A DNA stretch of 60,842 nt, the filler included. It is 6 parts of 6 records of this genome, joined end to end, with 100 filler letters (N's around TTAATTAATTAA, not from the genome) between each part and the next. Parts side by side here need not be neighbours in the genome. Positions count along the whole stretch, not along the records: positions 1 to 17,876 come from SRR31156797_234; 5 more parts are not named here. The stretch is one strand, 5' to 3'. A model generated the notes under the pieces. The model was not told the DNA's origin. It saw only the letters and a program-made list of their open reading frames with translations, and made no database searches. This document shows positions 1 through 10,152 of the stretch, piece after piece. The translations under genes and the position numbers were made by a program. Within the stretch, counting starts at the first letter, position 1; each line of letters starts with the position of its first letter.

Positions 1-30
1 CTCTGGTCCCCGAAGGGCCGCCGGAGGCAT
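1..30 (-). repeat. Partial GC-rich interspersed (REP/MITE-like) repeat at contig end
   Basis: Reverse complement ATGCCTCCGGCGGCCCTTCGGGGACCAGAG starts 2 nt after the stop of the adjacent gene and resembles the motif at the other end of the contig (17845-17876). Confidence 0.55.
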
Positions 31-32
31 TC

Positions 33-803
33 TTATGCCTTAGGCTGTAAATTCTCGGAAGAACCGAGCACGATCAGCTCTACCCAGTCGAGAGCGAAGC
101 TGAGGCACTCTTCCTCGTCATTGAGGATTGCCTGCTGGCGTTCCTCAGAAATATCAAGACGGGAGAACACGTTCATGTCTTTGATGAAATTGATGAAATT
201 ATCCACCTGATAAAGGGCTAGAAAAGCCATGTTCAGCTTGCGTTCGTCAAGGACAACACCGGCCTGACGGGCACGGTTCATGATACGCATGTAGCGGTCA
301 TTGACTTCGTTGTATGGCTCAAGACCCTGATCTTTCAACCACTCGTCGCTGGTCCAAGCCTTATCTTCTTCAAATCCGCGACAGTGCGGTTCCTGCACGA
401 CGAAAAACTGCTCAATTGTCTCACCATTTTCGTCCATACGGGAAGCACGACCGAGGGGATATGTACGACAGGCACCGGGACGGTTTTCGTAGATAGAGCA
501 ACCTTCTTCACGAACAAAAGGACAGCTGCGCTTAGCATTGTCGAGCATGCGCAGCTTACACATGGGAAACCCAACACCGGGAGTGCGGGTAATATCTGCA
601 TGATTGTGAATAAACTTCTTGCTGTCGTGCCCCAAGCCCTTGCGCAGACGAAGTACGTCGTAAGGAGTGAGCATCAGGTTGAGATCACCGCAACAGGCGT
701 TGAAGCAACGTACTCCGGGATGGCAGGCAAAACCGAAAGTCTTGCCGGGTTCCAGCTCGGGCAGATTATTCAGAAATTCTTGGGTTTGATCGTGGTCGGA
801 CAT
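33..803 (-). CDS. YkgJ-family cysteine-cluster (CxxCxxCC-type) protein
   Basis: FACHPGVRCFNACC, CPFV...GCSIYENRPGACRTYP and a distal EPHCRG. Confidence 0.85.
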   Translation of the reverse strand: MSDHDQTQEFLNNLPELEPGKTFGFACHPGVRCFNACCGDLNLMLTPYDVLRLRKGLGHDSKKFIHNHADITRTPGVGFPMCKLRMLDNAKRSCPFVREEGCSIYENRPGACRTYPLGRASRMDENGETIEQFFVVQEPHCRGFEEDKAWTSDEWLKDQGLEPYNEVNDRYMRIMNRARQAGVVLDERKLNMAFLALYQVDNFINFIKDMNVFSRLDISEERQQAILNDEEECLSFALDWVELIVLGSSENLQPKA

Positions 804-823
804 GGCACTCTCCCTGTATTTGG

Positions 824-2482
824 CTATCCGGCCAGAATCCCCTTCCGCACCAGATACTGCATCTTTTTCTCAAGGTCGGACTGAAGAAGCCTTTCTTCAT
901 CAGCCATTATCTGCAATATTTCGCTGCGCGGATGCATGGCCTGCATCTTGTATTTGTTGCCCAGTGCATTGCCTTCCTGTGCGGCATTGGTATGGCAGGC
1001 AAAACCGGTCCGCTTACGGTGCAAGATACGCAAATGGCCCTGATAAACAGGAAATTCTCCTTTCAGGCAACTGCGCAGATCATGCTCCAGATCGTCATAC
1101 TGCGAGGGAGAAAGGAACAGGGAAAAGCCACCATTGTCAAGCAGCTTCTGTGTCCTGAATAGATGACAACACCCGGTAACAGATCCGCAGGGCCGCATAA
1201 AATCGAAATATCCACTATCTAAAAGATAAAGATGCAAATCCGAGCAGCGGAACGGATTGGGTGCGATCTTGGTCAGATCCACTTCCGGGCCTTCACCTTC
1301 GTCACCCACAGGTTGAATGATATGCAGATCCACTGACTGCATTACTGACGGGGCAGCATGATCCAAAACCTTGCAGCCCCAGACCCCGGCTTCGGGATAA
1401 GCTTCAACTGCCGCACCAAGACGTGAAATCCAATCCGGCTCAACTTCCACATCGTCATCAAGGTAAACTGCAAAATCACAGTCCATAACCTGAGGTTCCT
1501 TCATGAGCCAATTACGGGCTGCGGCAGCACCTACATTTACGGGCAAATCAATGCGCACCATCTGCTTACCGAACTTATATTGCCACTTGCTAATGACTTC
1601 GGCGGTTCCATCAGAAGAACCATTATCGAGCATAAAAATTTTGGCCCCATGCAACTCGGAAGCATGCAGAGAAGCAAGAGTAGCATCAAGCTCTTCAGCC
1701 TTATTGAAGGAATATAAAAGAATGGCCAGAGTTCCGGGCAGAGGAACCCGTTTTTCATCCAAACCGTAAACCAGATCATACAAGCGTAGTGCTTCGGAAG
1801 CCCGCCACGGCTGCGCCTCCACAGCTCCGCCAAGAATTGAAATAGCGGTATCCCGGTCTCCAAGACTCAATCCGATTGATGCAGCCAGATGAGCCATGTT
1901 GTTAAGCCCACAGACATCAGAAGCAGCCATAAGTAATGGAAAAGCTTCAGCAGCGTTACCGCTCAGGTAATGAAAATAAGCTTTGGAAAAATTAATTACC
2001 GGAAGTATTTCAGCCGGGAATTCACCGGATAAAAGTTCCAATCCGAATTTGAAATCGGCAAAAGCCCCGGCATGAACCAAGCCCTGCTGAACCCAAAACA
2101 GGTTGCCCGGTTCTTTTTCAAGGGAAGAAAGGATGTATTTTTTAATCTTCTCAGCATCCCGCTTGCCAGCAATACGCATGAAATATGAAAGGTTCTCCGG
2201 CTGTTTCCAGAGGGAAACAATGCCCTTAAGGCAGAATCCAACGGAGGAAGGGAAAAGCGGCAGCAAACCTTCGATCTGAGCTAGTTGCGCTGCAATATTA
2301 CCATCCAGCGGATTGGAATTATAGGCCGCCAAAAGCAATTCCACTCCCAGCTGCGGGTCTGATTCAAGAGCATGAGCCCCGGCATCAAACAGATGTTTCG
2401 ACCCCACGGAGCCCATCAAGAGTTTGCGGCGTACCGGTTCATGCATGCCGGACCAATAATTTTCGCTGTAGAGTTTGCCCAT
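824..2482 (-). CDS. Family 2 glycosyltransferase with helical/TPR-like N-terminal region
   Basis: LDNGSSDGT, NVGAAAARN, YLDDD (DXD), VTGCCHLF and YDDLEHDLR motifs in the C-terminal half. Confidence 0.85.
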   Translation of the reverse strand: MGKLYSENYWSGMHEPVRRKLLMGSVGSKHLFDAGAHALESDPQLGVELLLAAYNSNPLDGNIAAQLAQIEGLLPLFPSSVGFCLKGIVSLWKQPENLSYFMRIAGKRDAEKIKKYILSSLEKEPGNLFWVQQGLVHAGAFADFKFGLELLSGEFPAEILPVINFSKAYFHYLSGNAAEAFPLLMAASDVCGLNNMAHLAASIGLSLGDRDTAISILGGAVEAQPWRASEALRLYDLVYGLDEKRVPLPGTLAILLYSFNKAEELDATLASLHASELHGAKIFMLDNGSSDGTAEVISKWQYKFGKQMVRIDLPVNVGAAAARNWLMKEPQVMDCDFAVYLDDDVEVEPDWISRLGAAVEAYPEAGVWGCKVLDHAAPSVMQSVDLHIIQPVGDEGEGPEVDLTKIAPNPFRCSDLHLYLLDSGYFDFMRPCGSVTGCCHLFRTQKLLDNGGFSLFLSPSQYDDLEHDLRSCLKGEFPVYQGHLRILHRKRTGFACHTNAAQEGNALGNKYKMQAMHPRSEILQIMADEERLLQSDLEKKMQYLVRKGILAG

Positions 2483-2567
2483 TTATCTTCCCTTCTGATT
2501 AACGGATGGATTCTTCCAACCCACGTTAACCAAAAGGGATAGCGTCTACAATAGTTCTCGTGAAAAC

Positions 2568-2600
2568 AAAAAAGGGAGAGTTTTTACACTCTCCCCAAAA
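2568..2600 (-). terminator. Probable intrinsic terminator of the PACE pair
   Basis: GGGAGAGT/ACTCTCCC stem flanked by an A-run that reads as a U-tract on the minus strand. Confidence 0.6.
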
Positions 2601-2601
2601 G

Positions 2602-3024
2602 CTACTGTACGGAAACAACCGGGAAGGTCCGATCATATATTATATTAAAAAAGAAGGCATAAACTGGAACAGCCATGGCAAAACCCAGATCAAGAATCAG
2701 CGCCTGCATAAACGAATAGCCCAGCAAATGCATCACCAACGGAAGCGAAAATACCAGCAGACAGACTTCAAACAATATGGAATGCAATACTCGGAGCTTG
2801 GTGCTTCTTTCATGCACTGGCTTCCCAAGCCGCAAAAGCACGTGGTCAAATGCCAAATTATAAAAATAATTAACAACCATGGCGATGAGGCTGAGAGCTA
2901 TGGTCATGCCCCCCATGGTATGCAGAGGCTTGTCCAGCGCAACTGAAAGCAGCGGCCCGATCAGCAGAACCAGCACTATTTCGAACAGGATGGTATGACG
3001 TAATCTATCTTTGGAAGTGCGCAT
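2602..3024 (-). CDS. PACE-family (AceI-like) efflux transporter
   Basis: 140 aa with 4 TMs and a duplicated RxxHxxLFE...YNxxFD/YD repeat (RLRHTILFE, RVLHSILFE). Confidence 0.9.
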   Translation of the reverse strand: MRTSKDRLRHTILFEIVLVLLIGPLLSVALDKPLHTMGGMTIALSLIAMVVNYFYNLAFDHVLLRLGKPVHERSTKLRVLHSILFEVCLLVFSLPLVMHLLGYSFMQALILDLGFAMAVPVYAFFFNIIYDRTFPVVSVQ

Positions 3025-3451
3025 CTACCCCCACCTCCTCCTGAGAATCAAAAGCTTTATTCATAAACAGGTTATACGCCCCCATAAGCACCGCCATAAA
3101 CAGGCTTAAAGATACGGCCTTGGCAAACCCAGCATCCAACATGTGCATAGCTATGGGTACAACAACAGGCAGCATAATAGCTTCAAGCAGCAGGGCATGA
3201 ATCGCCTGCAGCCTGAAACTACGCTTATACAGCGCCCTGCCCTGACGCAGCAGCATACGGTCAAACAAATAAGTATAGATAAAGTTAATCGGGATGGTCA
3301 GAAGCGAAACCACTACCATGAACCTTCCGGTAATGTCAGAATTCAACCAAAGAACGAACGACAGGATCGGGGTCATTAAAACCATCAGAGAAATATCAAT
3401 GACTAAAATGAATATGGCCCGGAATATGGATGAACGTAATGTTGTTTGCAT
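3005..3451 (-). CDS. Second, divergent PACE-family transporter
   Basis: 148 aa with 4 TMs; YTYLFD, IHALLLE and YNLFMNKAFD; overlaps the start of the downstream PACE gene. Confidence 0.75.
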   Translation of the reverse strand: MQTTLRSSIFRAIFILVIDISLMVLMTPILSFVLWLNSDITGRFMVVVSLLTIPINFIYTYLFDRMLLRQGRALYKRSFRLQAIHALLLEAIMLPVVVPIAMHMLDAGFAKAVSLSLFMAVLMGAYNLFMNKAFDSQEEVGVDAHFQR

Positions 3452-3522
3452 TTTTGCTCTCCTTGCTTGAGGTGTTTTTTATCTCTTTTAATCTTTGATT
3501 CAGTTTGGTAAAGATAGAATCA

Positions 3523-3537
3523 ATCTAAATACAAGAT
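3523..3537. promoter_or_regulatory. Putative LysR box (T-N11-A)
   Basis: ATCT-AAATACA-AGAT dyad in the divergent PACE/LysR intergenic region. Confidence 0.45.
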
Positions 3538-3550
3538 AGGTATCACCGAT

Positions 3551-4447
3551 ATGAGATTTTCCCTTGAGCATTTGGAGGCTTTTGTCACTGCGGTGGACGC
3601 GGGATCATTTTCTGCGGCTGCACGCAGACTGGGCAAGGTTCAAAGCCAGATAAGTACCGCTATTGCCAGCTTGGAAGATGATCTAGGGGTCCCCCTCTTT
3701 GACCGCAGCACAAAATATCCGCAGCTAACGAAAGAAGGGGAAGAACTCCTTTTCAAATCCCGTGAGCTTTTGCGCCATTCGGAAGGTCTAGTCAAACACG
3801 CGGACCGCCTTGCTTTCGGAGAACAGACCTTGCTGCGTCTGGCGCTGGACGAATACGTGCCCCTACATATAACAACTAAGGTCCTCGATGCTTTCGAAAA
3901 AGCATTCCCGAACATCGAACTGGAAGTACTCTGGGGAGCGGTGGGAGATGTACAAAAAAACGTGCTTTCCGGTCAGGCAGACGTGGGTGTTGATATTCCG
4001 GTAGATAACATTGCGTCCTCTGGACTCTCCTTTAAAAGATTGTCCATTATGGAATTCTGCGCAGTGGCAGCACCAACCCATCCGTTGGCGAGCATGGATA
4101 AAATAAGTAAAGACACACTGCAATTTCACAGGCAAGCCATGGGTATGAGCCAGCACGGAACCCGGCTCCCGGATTCATTCAGAAGAAGTGAACAGATCTG
4201 GCAGTTTGAGGACAGCCGTTTGATCCACCGTCTGGTCCTTGCCGGAACAGTCTGGGCAGGCTTACCCCGCAACATGGTTGCCGAGGACCTTGTTTCAGGC
4301 AATCTAGTGGAACTTCCGGTAACCCTCGCTGAAAACGAACAGGAAGGAATCTTCTACTACATCTGGAACCCAACCCACGAACTGACCCCGGCTGAATTTT
4401 GGCTTTACGAAAACTTCGGGAAAAAACTCCGTGAAACTATTTCTTAA
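3551..4447 (+). CDS. LysR-family transcriptional regulator divergent from the PACE genes
   Basis: GSFSAAARRLGKVQSQISTAIASLEDDLGVPLFDRS helix-turn-helix; 298 aa. Confidence 0.93.
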   Translation: MRFSLEHLEAFVTAVDAGSFSAAARRLGKVQSQISTAIASLEDDLGVPLFDRSTKYPQLTKEGEELLFKSRELLRHSEGLVKHADRLAFGEQTLLRLALDEYVPLHITTKVLDAFEKAFPNIELEVLWGAVGDVQKNVLSGQADVGVDIPVDNIASSGLSFKRLSIMEFCAVAAPTHPLASMDKISKDTLQFHRQAMGMSQHGTRLPDSFRRSEQIWQFEDSRLIHRLVLAGTVWAGLPRNMVAEDLVSGNLVELPVTLAENEQEGIFYYIWNPTHELTPAEFWLYENFGKKLRETIS

Positions 4448-6512
4448 TCAACCTGTCAATATCCGGCAGTTCAATCTGCGGCTTATCTCCGGGCAGGGAG
4501 GAGTAAACTTTCAGTAGAGACTGGGCCTTAGCTGTGGTGGACATGAAAGAACGCACGATCCTGCGATTCAAACGCCCCATTTCACTGCGCAATTCCCCGT
4601 CTTCAATGAGCATCTTCATGGACTTGGCAAGGGCTTCACTGTCTTCCACATCGCAGAGCAAACCGTTAACCCCGTCACGAATCAATTCTGCGGTGCCACC
4701 AGCCTTGGTGCAGATGGCAGCCAGTCCGCACTCGAAAGCTTCAAGCAGGGTGTTAGGCATGGACTCCTGTCGCGAACTCATGACGTAAATGTGTGAGGTC
4801 GCCAACAGCTTAACCACTTCCTCATGGGAGATGTAGCCGGGACACTCAATACGTTCCAGAGTAGAAGCAGAAGCAACATCGCAGTAGGCGGAAAGGTCTT
4901 CCATACCCACGGCAATAAAACGCACACCTTCGCATTGGTCCTGCGCAAGCAGACGGTCAACGGACTTGATAAACACGTCCGGTCCCTTGGCATGCCCCTC
5001 GTTACCTACATAAATAATGGAAGTTTCCGCAGCGCGCTTGGGCTTGCGACCGCCACCCACAAAAGAATTGTAGACCACCTGTGCCCGCTTAGGCAGCACT
5101 CCGTGCTTGAGCAGCACTTCGCGGCTCTTGGCAGAGTTGCAGATATATCCGTTACCTATGAGCGAAAAGATCGGTGCCAGAGGATTAGGCTTATAGATAA
5201 CACCGCGGTTGAAGAAAAGTTTAAACTTACGTCCACCAAGCAGGGAAAGACCTTTGGCAATACAGCCGATCTTGACCGCACGGTTGTGGTAGGTATGAAC
5301 CACGTCCACCTGATGATCTTCGATCACATTGGAAAGGAATCCCGCAGCGGCTAGCATGTTCTTGAAATCATCCAGAAGGACCACTTCCGCGCCCATCTCT
5401 TCCAGTTCTGGAATAAGCTTGGACCCGGGTTTAAGCACTGCCACCACGCCAAGTCCGGCCTGAAGCATGGCTCTAGCGCTGTTGATCAACTGCCTGCTGC
5501 CGCCGGAAAGTTTCTCCGTATCGGTGATATAGAGCACCTTGCCAATATCATTACGCTTGGTAAAAAATTTGAAGCAGACCATGGCTGACGCTTCATTGGA
5601 ATACATGTGCAGCCGTTTCTTGATCCATGCGGCATCCTTGCTGGTGCCTACACCGATACGGTTGATACGCATAGGGTCAGTGCCAAGCATGTTTGCAGAG
5701 CGCTCAAGGGTGAAAGTTCCGCAAAACCCGGCTGCAGCAGCCTCCTGCATACCGAGAGCATCAAAATCCCCCCAAGGCCAACAGAAGAATTGACGACGCA
5801 AACCATTAATTTTCTTAATCTTATCAAAACTGCGCTTGAAATCATCACGGATAAACTTACGCCTTTCATCATCAGAACGGCGCTTGAAAGACACCTTACC
5901 CTTGCGGAACTGGGGCCAGAAACCATTGTAGGCAAAAGCACTGCCGTAATCGTAAGTGGGCAGTTCCGGGTTGAATTTGCGAAAAACACCCCATGTGGAC
6001 CAATGAGAATCCGCGGAAAAATTACCCTTGAAACGAAAATCCTTGAAGCAGCCCTGATGACGACAGGTGTGGGCGTAGACTTCCATGCCCTTGTCATGAA
6101 CCAGTGATTTCAGTTCCGCCTCATTCATGAACTGAGAATTGTCATTTTCAGAAAGAGCTTTGATGAAGGATTCGCGCATGGGCAGCATCTCTTTGATATC
6201 CGCCCTGTTTCTGATCTTGCCCTGCCCAATAAAATCACTGACGGCAAAAAAGACTCCGGTCATACCCCGCTCTTCAAGCATGGGCACGACGTTGATCCAG
6301 TTGCTGATGTGGCAGTCATCAAAGGTGAGCACCACATACTTATCGTCAATAGGCTTACGGCCCATACAGATTTCATAAAGATGGTCGGCGGTGATGGTCT
6401 TGAAGCCCATCTCCTGCATCATATCAAGATGGGAAGCAAAGGTGGCAGTGGAATGACCGTCCTCTTCACAGACGGCATGGTAGCAAAAAACAGGAACACT
6501 CTTACCGAGCAT
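4437..6512 (-). CDS. Polysaccharide deacetylase (NodB/CE4) fused to a family 4 glycosyltransferase
   Basis: N-half has CYH, VLTFDD, HTCRH and FCWPWG; C-half has SGGSRQ, VVHTY, KGPD and ESMPNTLLEA (EX7E). Confidence 0.85.
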   Translation of the reverse strand: MLGKSVPVFCYHAVCEEDGHSTATFASHLDMMQEMGFKTITADHLYEICMGRKPIDDKYVVLTFDDCHISNWINVVPMLEERGMTGVFFAVSDFIGQGKIRNRADIKEMLPMRESFIKALSENDNSQFMNEAELKSLVHDKGMEVYAHTCRHQGCFKDFRFKGNFSADSHWSTWGVFRKFNPELPTYDYGSAFAYNGFWPQFRKGKVSFKRRSDDERRKFIRDDFKRSFDKIKKINGLRRQFFCWPWGDFDALGMQEAAAAGFCGTFTLERSANMLGTDPMRINRIGVGTSKDAAWIKKRLHMYSNEASAMVCFKFFTKRNDIGKVLYITDTEKLSGGSRQLINSARAMLQAGLGVVAVLKPGSKLIPELEEMGAEVVLLDDFKNMLAAAGFLSNVIEDHQVDVVHTYHNRAVKIGCIAKGLSLLGGRKFKLFFNRGVIYKPNPLAPIFSLIGNGYICNSAKSREVLLKHGVLPKRAQVVYNSFVGGGRKPKRAAETSIIYVGNEGHAKGPDVFIKSVDRLLAQDQCEGVRFIAVGMEDLSAYCDVASASTLERIECPGYISHEEVVKLLATSHIYVMSSRQESMPNTLLEAFECGLAAICTKAGGTAELIRDGVNGLLCDVEDSEALAKSMKMLIEDGELRSEMGRLNRRIVRSFMSTTAKAQSLLKVYSSLPGDKPQIELPDIDRLIKK

Positions 6513-6539
6513 GAGACAACTCCGAAACGCTTTGATGTC

Positions 6540-6573
6540 AAAAGCCCTCCCCTCGTAAAAACAAGGGGAGGGA
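6540..6573 (-). terminator. Intrinsic terminator after the ABC permease
   Basis: CCCTCCCCT/AGGGGAGGG stem followed by TTTT on the minus strand. Confidence 0.6.
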
Positions 6574-6579
6574 GATCAA

Positions 6580-8361
6580 TTACATTTGCAGACGGAAGGT
6601 CTCGGTTGAAAGCTTCCGTTCGAGTCGTCTTGCCACGAGACTCATCAGGTAGCAACAAATAAAGTACAAAAATGCTACGGTAGTATAAATTTCAAAGGGA
6701 TAGATCATAAGCCTGTTATTCAGTCCCTGAGCAACAAAAGTCAACTCCAGAACACCAATAACAAAGGCCAGCGATGTATCTTTGAAGATTGCAATGAACT
6801 GGCCCACAATGGCCGGAAGCATCTGTTTCAAGGCCTGCGGCAGGATGACCTTGCGCATGGCCTGCCAATAGGTCAATCCGGTGGAGACCGCAGCTTCAAA
6901 CTGACCGGGAGGCAGGTTCTGAATACCGGAACGCACTATTTCAGCCAGATAAGCACCGGTAAATACGGTCAGGGCAATAGTCGCCGACCAGAAAACGTTC
7001 AAGAACTGTCCGGTCAAGATGGGGATGAAGAAATAGATCCAGAAGATGACCATGATCAGCGGATTACCACGGATAAGCTCAATGTACAGGGTGGACGGGA
7101 TAAGAAATAGTTTATTCTTGGAAGTACGCCCGATACCAACGATCAGTCCGATGAAAAAACTGACCGAAATGGCAATCACCGACATGATGATGGAGAAAGA
7201 CAAACCGCCCAGCCCCCAAAGGATTTCATTGGGATCACCTTCAGGGAATCTCCACCAGAGCATGGTCCCGATATTGTCGCGGATAACCTCAAAATTAAAT
7301 TTGGATACACCGTAAAGAGCGGACACAATCAGGAAAGCCAGACAGGCCAGAAAACTTCCCTTCCAAACGAGTCCGAGCACCTTGGAAAGTTTGGCCAGAA
7401 AAGCCTTACGCGCGGCCTGTGCTTTGGAAAGGCTGAAATCGTCCTGACGCCTGCGTTTTATGCGACGATGCATTTTTGCAATGAAAGCAAAAGGAGCTTC
7501 AAAGGGCCAGAATAGCATATGTGCAAACCTGTGGCCCAGAGTGCGGTCTTTGACCGGAACAATCTGCAGCTTCCAGTTAACCAGGGTTAGGATACCGGCA
7601 ATGGTCAGGGAGAGAGAAAGATAAATTACAGTGGCAGCAGTGGTGGCCTCAAATCCCTTAAAGGTCATACCCTCAATCTGCTGCGAGGCCCAACAGAGTT
7701 CCGGCACACCGACAACCATAGCCAGTGAGGAGTTCTTCATGTTATTCAGGAACTCACTACCCAGCGGCGGGATGATGGCCCGAAAAGCCAGCGGAAGAAT
7801 AATCTTGGTCAGGGTCTGAAACGGAGTCAGCCCAGAGGAGTACGCAGCTTCCAGCAACCCCTTGGGAATGGACTGGATACCGGCACGGATAACCTCGGCC
7901 ATGAAGGAACTTGTATAGATACCAAGCCCCACAGTGGCGGAAAGAATTTCAAAATTCTGATCAAAGAGAAAGTTGCGGATACCTTCGGGTAACCCCATAG
8001 GCAGGGCAAAATACCAGAAGAAAAGCTGAATCAGCAACGGAGTGTTTCTGAAAAATTCAACGTAACAGGTACAGAAATAATAAACCGGCTTGAACTGGGA
8101 AAGTCTGCCCAACCCGAAAAGAATACCAAGTCCCAGCGCAATAGCCGAACTCATGAGCGAAATACTTACAGTCAGGTTCAAACCGGTGACAAGCATGCCG
8201 CCCAGAACTTCACCGTAAGAAGGGTCTTCTTTATATAAAACCGACCAATCGAATTTGTAGCCGAAGTCGAAGACCCAGCCGAAATAGTAGACCAGTACAG
8301 CGGTCACAGTGGCGAGGCATAGATACTGAACCCAAGTTTTTTCCAGATAACGATTGATCAT
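6580..8361 (-). CDS. Polar amino-acid ABC permease with two HisM/GlnP domains fused
   Basis: Two copies of the RNTPLL/RGNPLI...AEVIRAGI/AEIVRSGI...EAA...KNSSLA/KDTSLA pattern. Confidence 0.92.
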   Translation of the reverse strand: MINRYLEKTWVQYLCLATVTAVLVYYFGWVFDFGYKFDWSVLYKEDPSYGEVLGGMLVTGLNLTVSISLMSSAIALGLGILFGLGRLSQFKPVYYFCTCYVEFFRNTPLLIQLFFWYFALPMGLPEGIRNFLFDQNFEILSATVGLGIYTSSFMAEVIRAGIQSIPKGLLEAAYSSGLTPFQTLTKIILPLAFRAIIPPLGSEFLNNMKNSSLAMVVGVPELCWASQQIEGMTFKGFEATTAATVIYLSLSLTIAGILTLVNWKLQIVPVKDRTLGHRFAHMLFWPFEAPFAFIAKMHRRIKRRRQDDFSLSKAQAARKAFLAKLSKVLGLVWKGSFLACLAFLIVSALYGVSKFNFEVIRDNIGTMLWWRFPEGDPNEILWGLGGLSFSIIMSVIAISVSFFIGLIVGIGRTSKNKLFLIPSTLYIELIRGNPLIMVIFWIYFFIPILTGQFLNVFWSATIALTVFTGAYLAEIVRSGIQNLPPGQFEAAVSTGLTYWQAMRKVILPQALKQMLPAIVGQFIAIFKDTSLAFVIGVLELTFVAQGLNNRLMIYPFEIYTTVAFLYFICCYLMSLVARRLERKLSTETFRLQM

Positions 8362-8443
8362 TGCAGAAACTTTCTCTTTGTCTTCAATTTATAAGGTGGC
8401 GGGGTCAGGGGAGACCCCGCCTGTCTAGCAAATCAAATGAAGC

Positions 8444-9265
8444 CTAGGGCCACATTTCAATTTTTTCAGTAAGGGGGAAGTAGTACTTGGTATCAGGACC
8501 GTACCACTTGTTGTAGATCTTTTCGTAGGTACCGTCTTTCCACATATCCTGCAGTGCAAAGTTAACGGCGTCACGAAGTTTGGAATCATCTTCAACCAGA
8601 CCGATGCCGTAAGGCTCGTTGGAGAAGAAGTCACCAACCAGTTCATATTTACCGGGAACCTGTGCAGCGTAGCCGAGCAGGATGGTGGAATCAGTGGACC
8701 ATGCGTCTACGCGACCCATCTGAAGAGCCTGAAAGCACTCAGATTCTTTCTGGTAGGAAATAACTTTGGGAGCAGCATCGCCGAGGCTCTTGAGCAGGTT
8801 CTTAACGTTCAGCTCAGAAGTGGTACCCTGCATAACAGCAACTCTTTTGCCTACGAAATCCTTGAGGGTGGAGAATTTGCCTTTAGGAGCAAGCATCTTC
8901 TGGCCGTCAAAGAAGTAAGTGATGGAAAAATCAATGGATTTATCGCGGGAGCGCTTATGGGTCATGTTGGAAACGGAAGCGTCAATGCGGCCCTGCTGGA
9001 GGAAACCGATACGGGTTTTGTTGTTAACGGGAACCTGATCGATTTTAACGCCCAAGCGTTTTGCGATTTCGTTAGCGATATCAACGTCAAAGCCAACCCA
9101 TTCTTTTTTGGCGTTGTAGAAAGCACCGGGGATGGAGTCAGTCATGATACCGACACGGATAACCTTGTCTTTCATGATTCTGTCATAAGTGGCACCTGCA
9201 AAAGCAGTTGCAGCGAAAGCCATAACCAGAGCGGCTGCGAGAGCCAAAGTCATAAACCTTTTCAT
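8444..9265 (-). CDS. Polar amino-acid ABC substrate-binding protein (family 3)
   Basis: Signal peptide MKRFMTLALAAAL behind an AGGAGG RBS, so the start is placed at 9265; VGFDVDIA, GTTSE and EPYGIG motifs. Confidence 0.92.
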   Translation of the reverse strand: MKRFMTLALAAALVMAFAATAFAGATYDRIMKDKVIRVGIMTDSIPGAFYNAKKEWVGFDVDIANEIAKRLGVKIDQVPVNNKTRIGFLQQGRIDASVSNMTHKRSRDKSIDFSITYFFDGQKMLAPKGKFSTLKDFVGKRVAVMQGTTSELNVKNLLKSLGDAAPKVISYQKESECFQALQMGRVDAWSTDSTILLGYAAQVPGKYELVGDFFSNEPYGIGLVEDDSKLRDAVNFALQDMWKDGTYEKIYNKWYGPDTKYYFPLTEKIEMWP

Positions 9266-9423
9266 TCTTTCCTCCTGCGTGGAAATAGACAAAGAGTATA
9301 CAAAAGAGCGATCCCCGACACCGGAAACCGCGAGCTTCCTGATACTGAGCCTGTAAACATTAATTTACAAGCAATTACCTCACCTCAATATTTACACCCA
9401 CCATATATATGATGGGGAATTCA

Positions 9424-10152
9424 CTAATGCGAAAGGATCTTGCTCAAGAAGAGCTTGGAACGTTCATGCTGCGGGTTGTGGAAGAATTCATCGGGGGTGT
9501 TTTCTTCAATGAGAGCTCCCTCATCCATGAAGATAACCCGGTCTGCAACCTCACGGGCAAAACCCATTTCGTGAGTTACGCAAACCATGGTCATACCTTC
9601 GCGAGCCAGAGCCTTCATTACATCCAGAACCTCATTGATCATTTCAGGGTCAAGAGCGGAAGTAGGCTCATCAAAAAGCATGATATTGGGGCGCATCGCC
9701 AGACCGCGGGCAATTGCCACACGCTGCTGCTGTCCGCCGGAAAGCTGGGAAGGATAATCGCCGGCTTTATCCGGAATATTGACCTTGGAAAGGAGTTCCA
9801 TAGCCAGATCTTCAGCATCCTTACGTTTCATATTCCGAACCATGGTCGGGGCAAGAATGATATTTTCCAAAACCGTCATATGCGGATAGAGGTTAAAAGA
9901 CTGGAAAACGAACCCGATCTCCGCCCGCAGCAGGGGCAGGTTGACCCTCGAACCGTTCACATCCATATCTTCTACAATTATTTCACCTTTTTGAATAGGC
10001 TCAAGCCGATTAATGCAACGGATCATGGTACTCTTACCAGATCCGGAAGGTCCGCAAACAACAACCACTTCGCCTTTTTTAATATGAAGATTGAGATCCT
10101 TCAGGGCGTGGTAGTCACCGTAGTATTTATTGACATTGTTAAATTTTATCAC
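9424..10152 (-). CDS. Polar amino-acid ABC ATP-binding protein (GlnQ-like)
   Basis: [22 protein letters not shown] and [11 protein letters not shown]; probable GTG start at 10152. Confidence 0.93.
   Translation of the reverse strand: MIKFNNVNKYYGDYHALKDLNLHIKKGEVVVVCGPSGSGKSTMIRCINRLEPIQKGEIIVEDMDVNGSRVNLPLLRAEIGFVFQSFNLYPHMTVLENIILAPTMVRNMKRKDAEDLAMELLSKVNIPDKAGDYPSQLSGGQQQRVAIARGLAMRPNIMLFDEPTSALDPEMINEVLDVMKALAREGMTMVCVTHEMGFAREVADRVIFMDEGALIEENTPDEFFHNPQHERSKLFLSKILSH

Noticed and set aside
824-6512. Glycosyltransferases on contig 1 as the missing MftF
   Set aside because: They are on a different contig, probably from a different organism, and their architecture does not resemble MftF.
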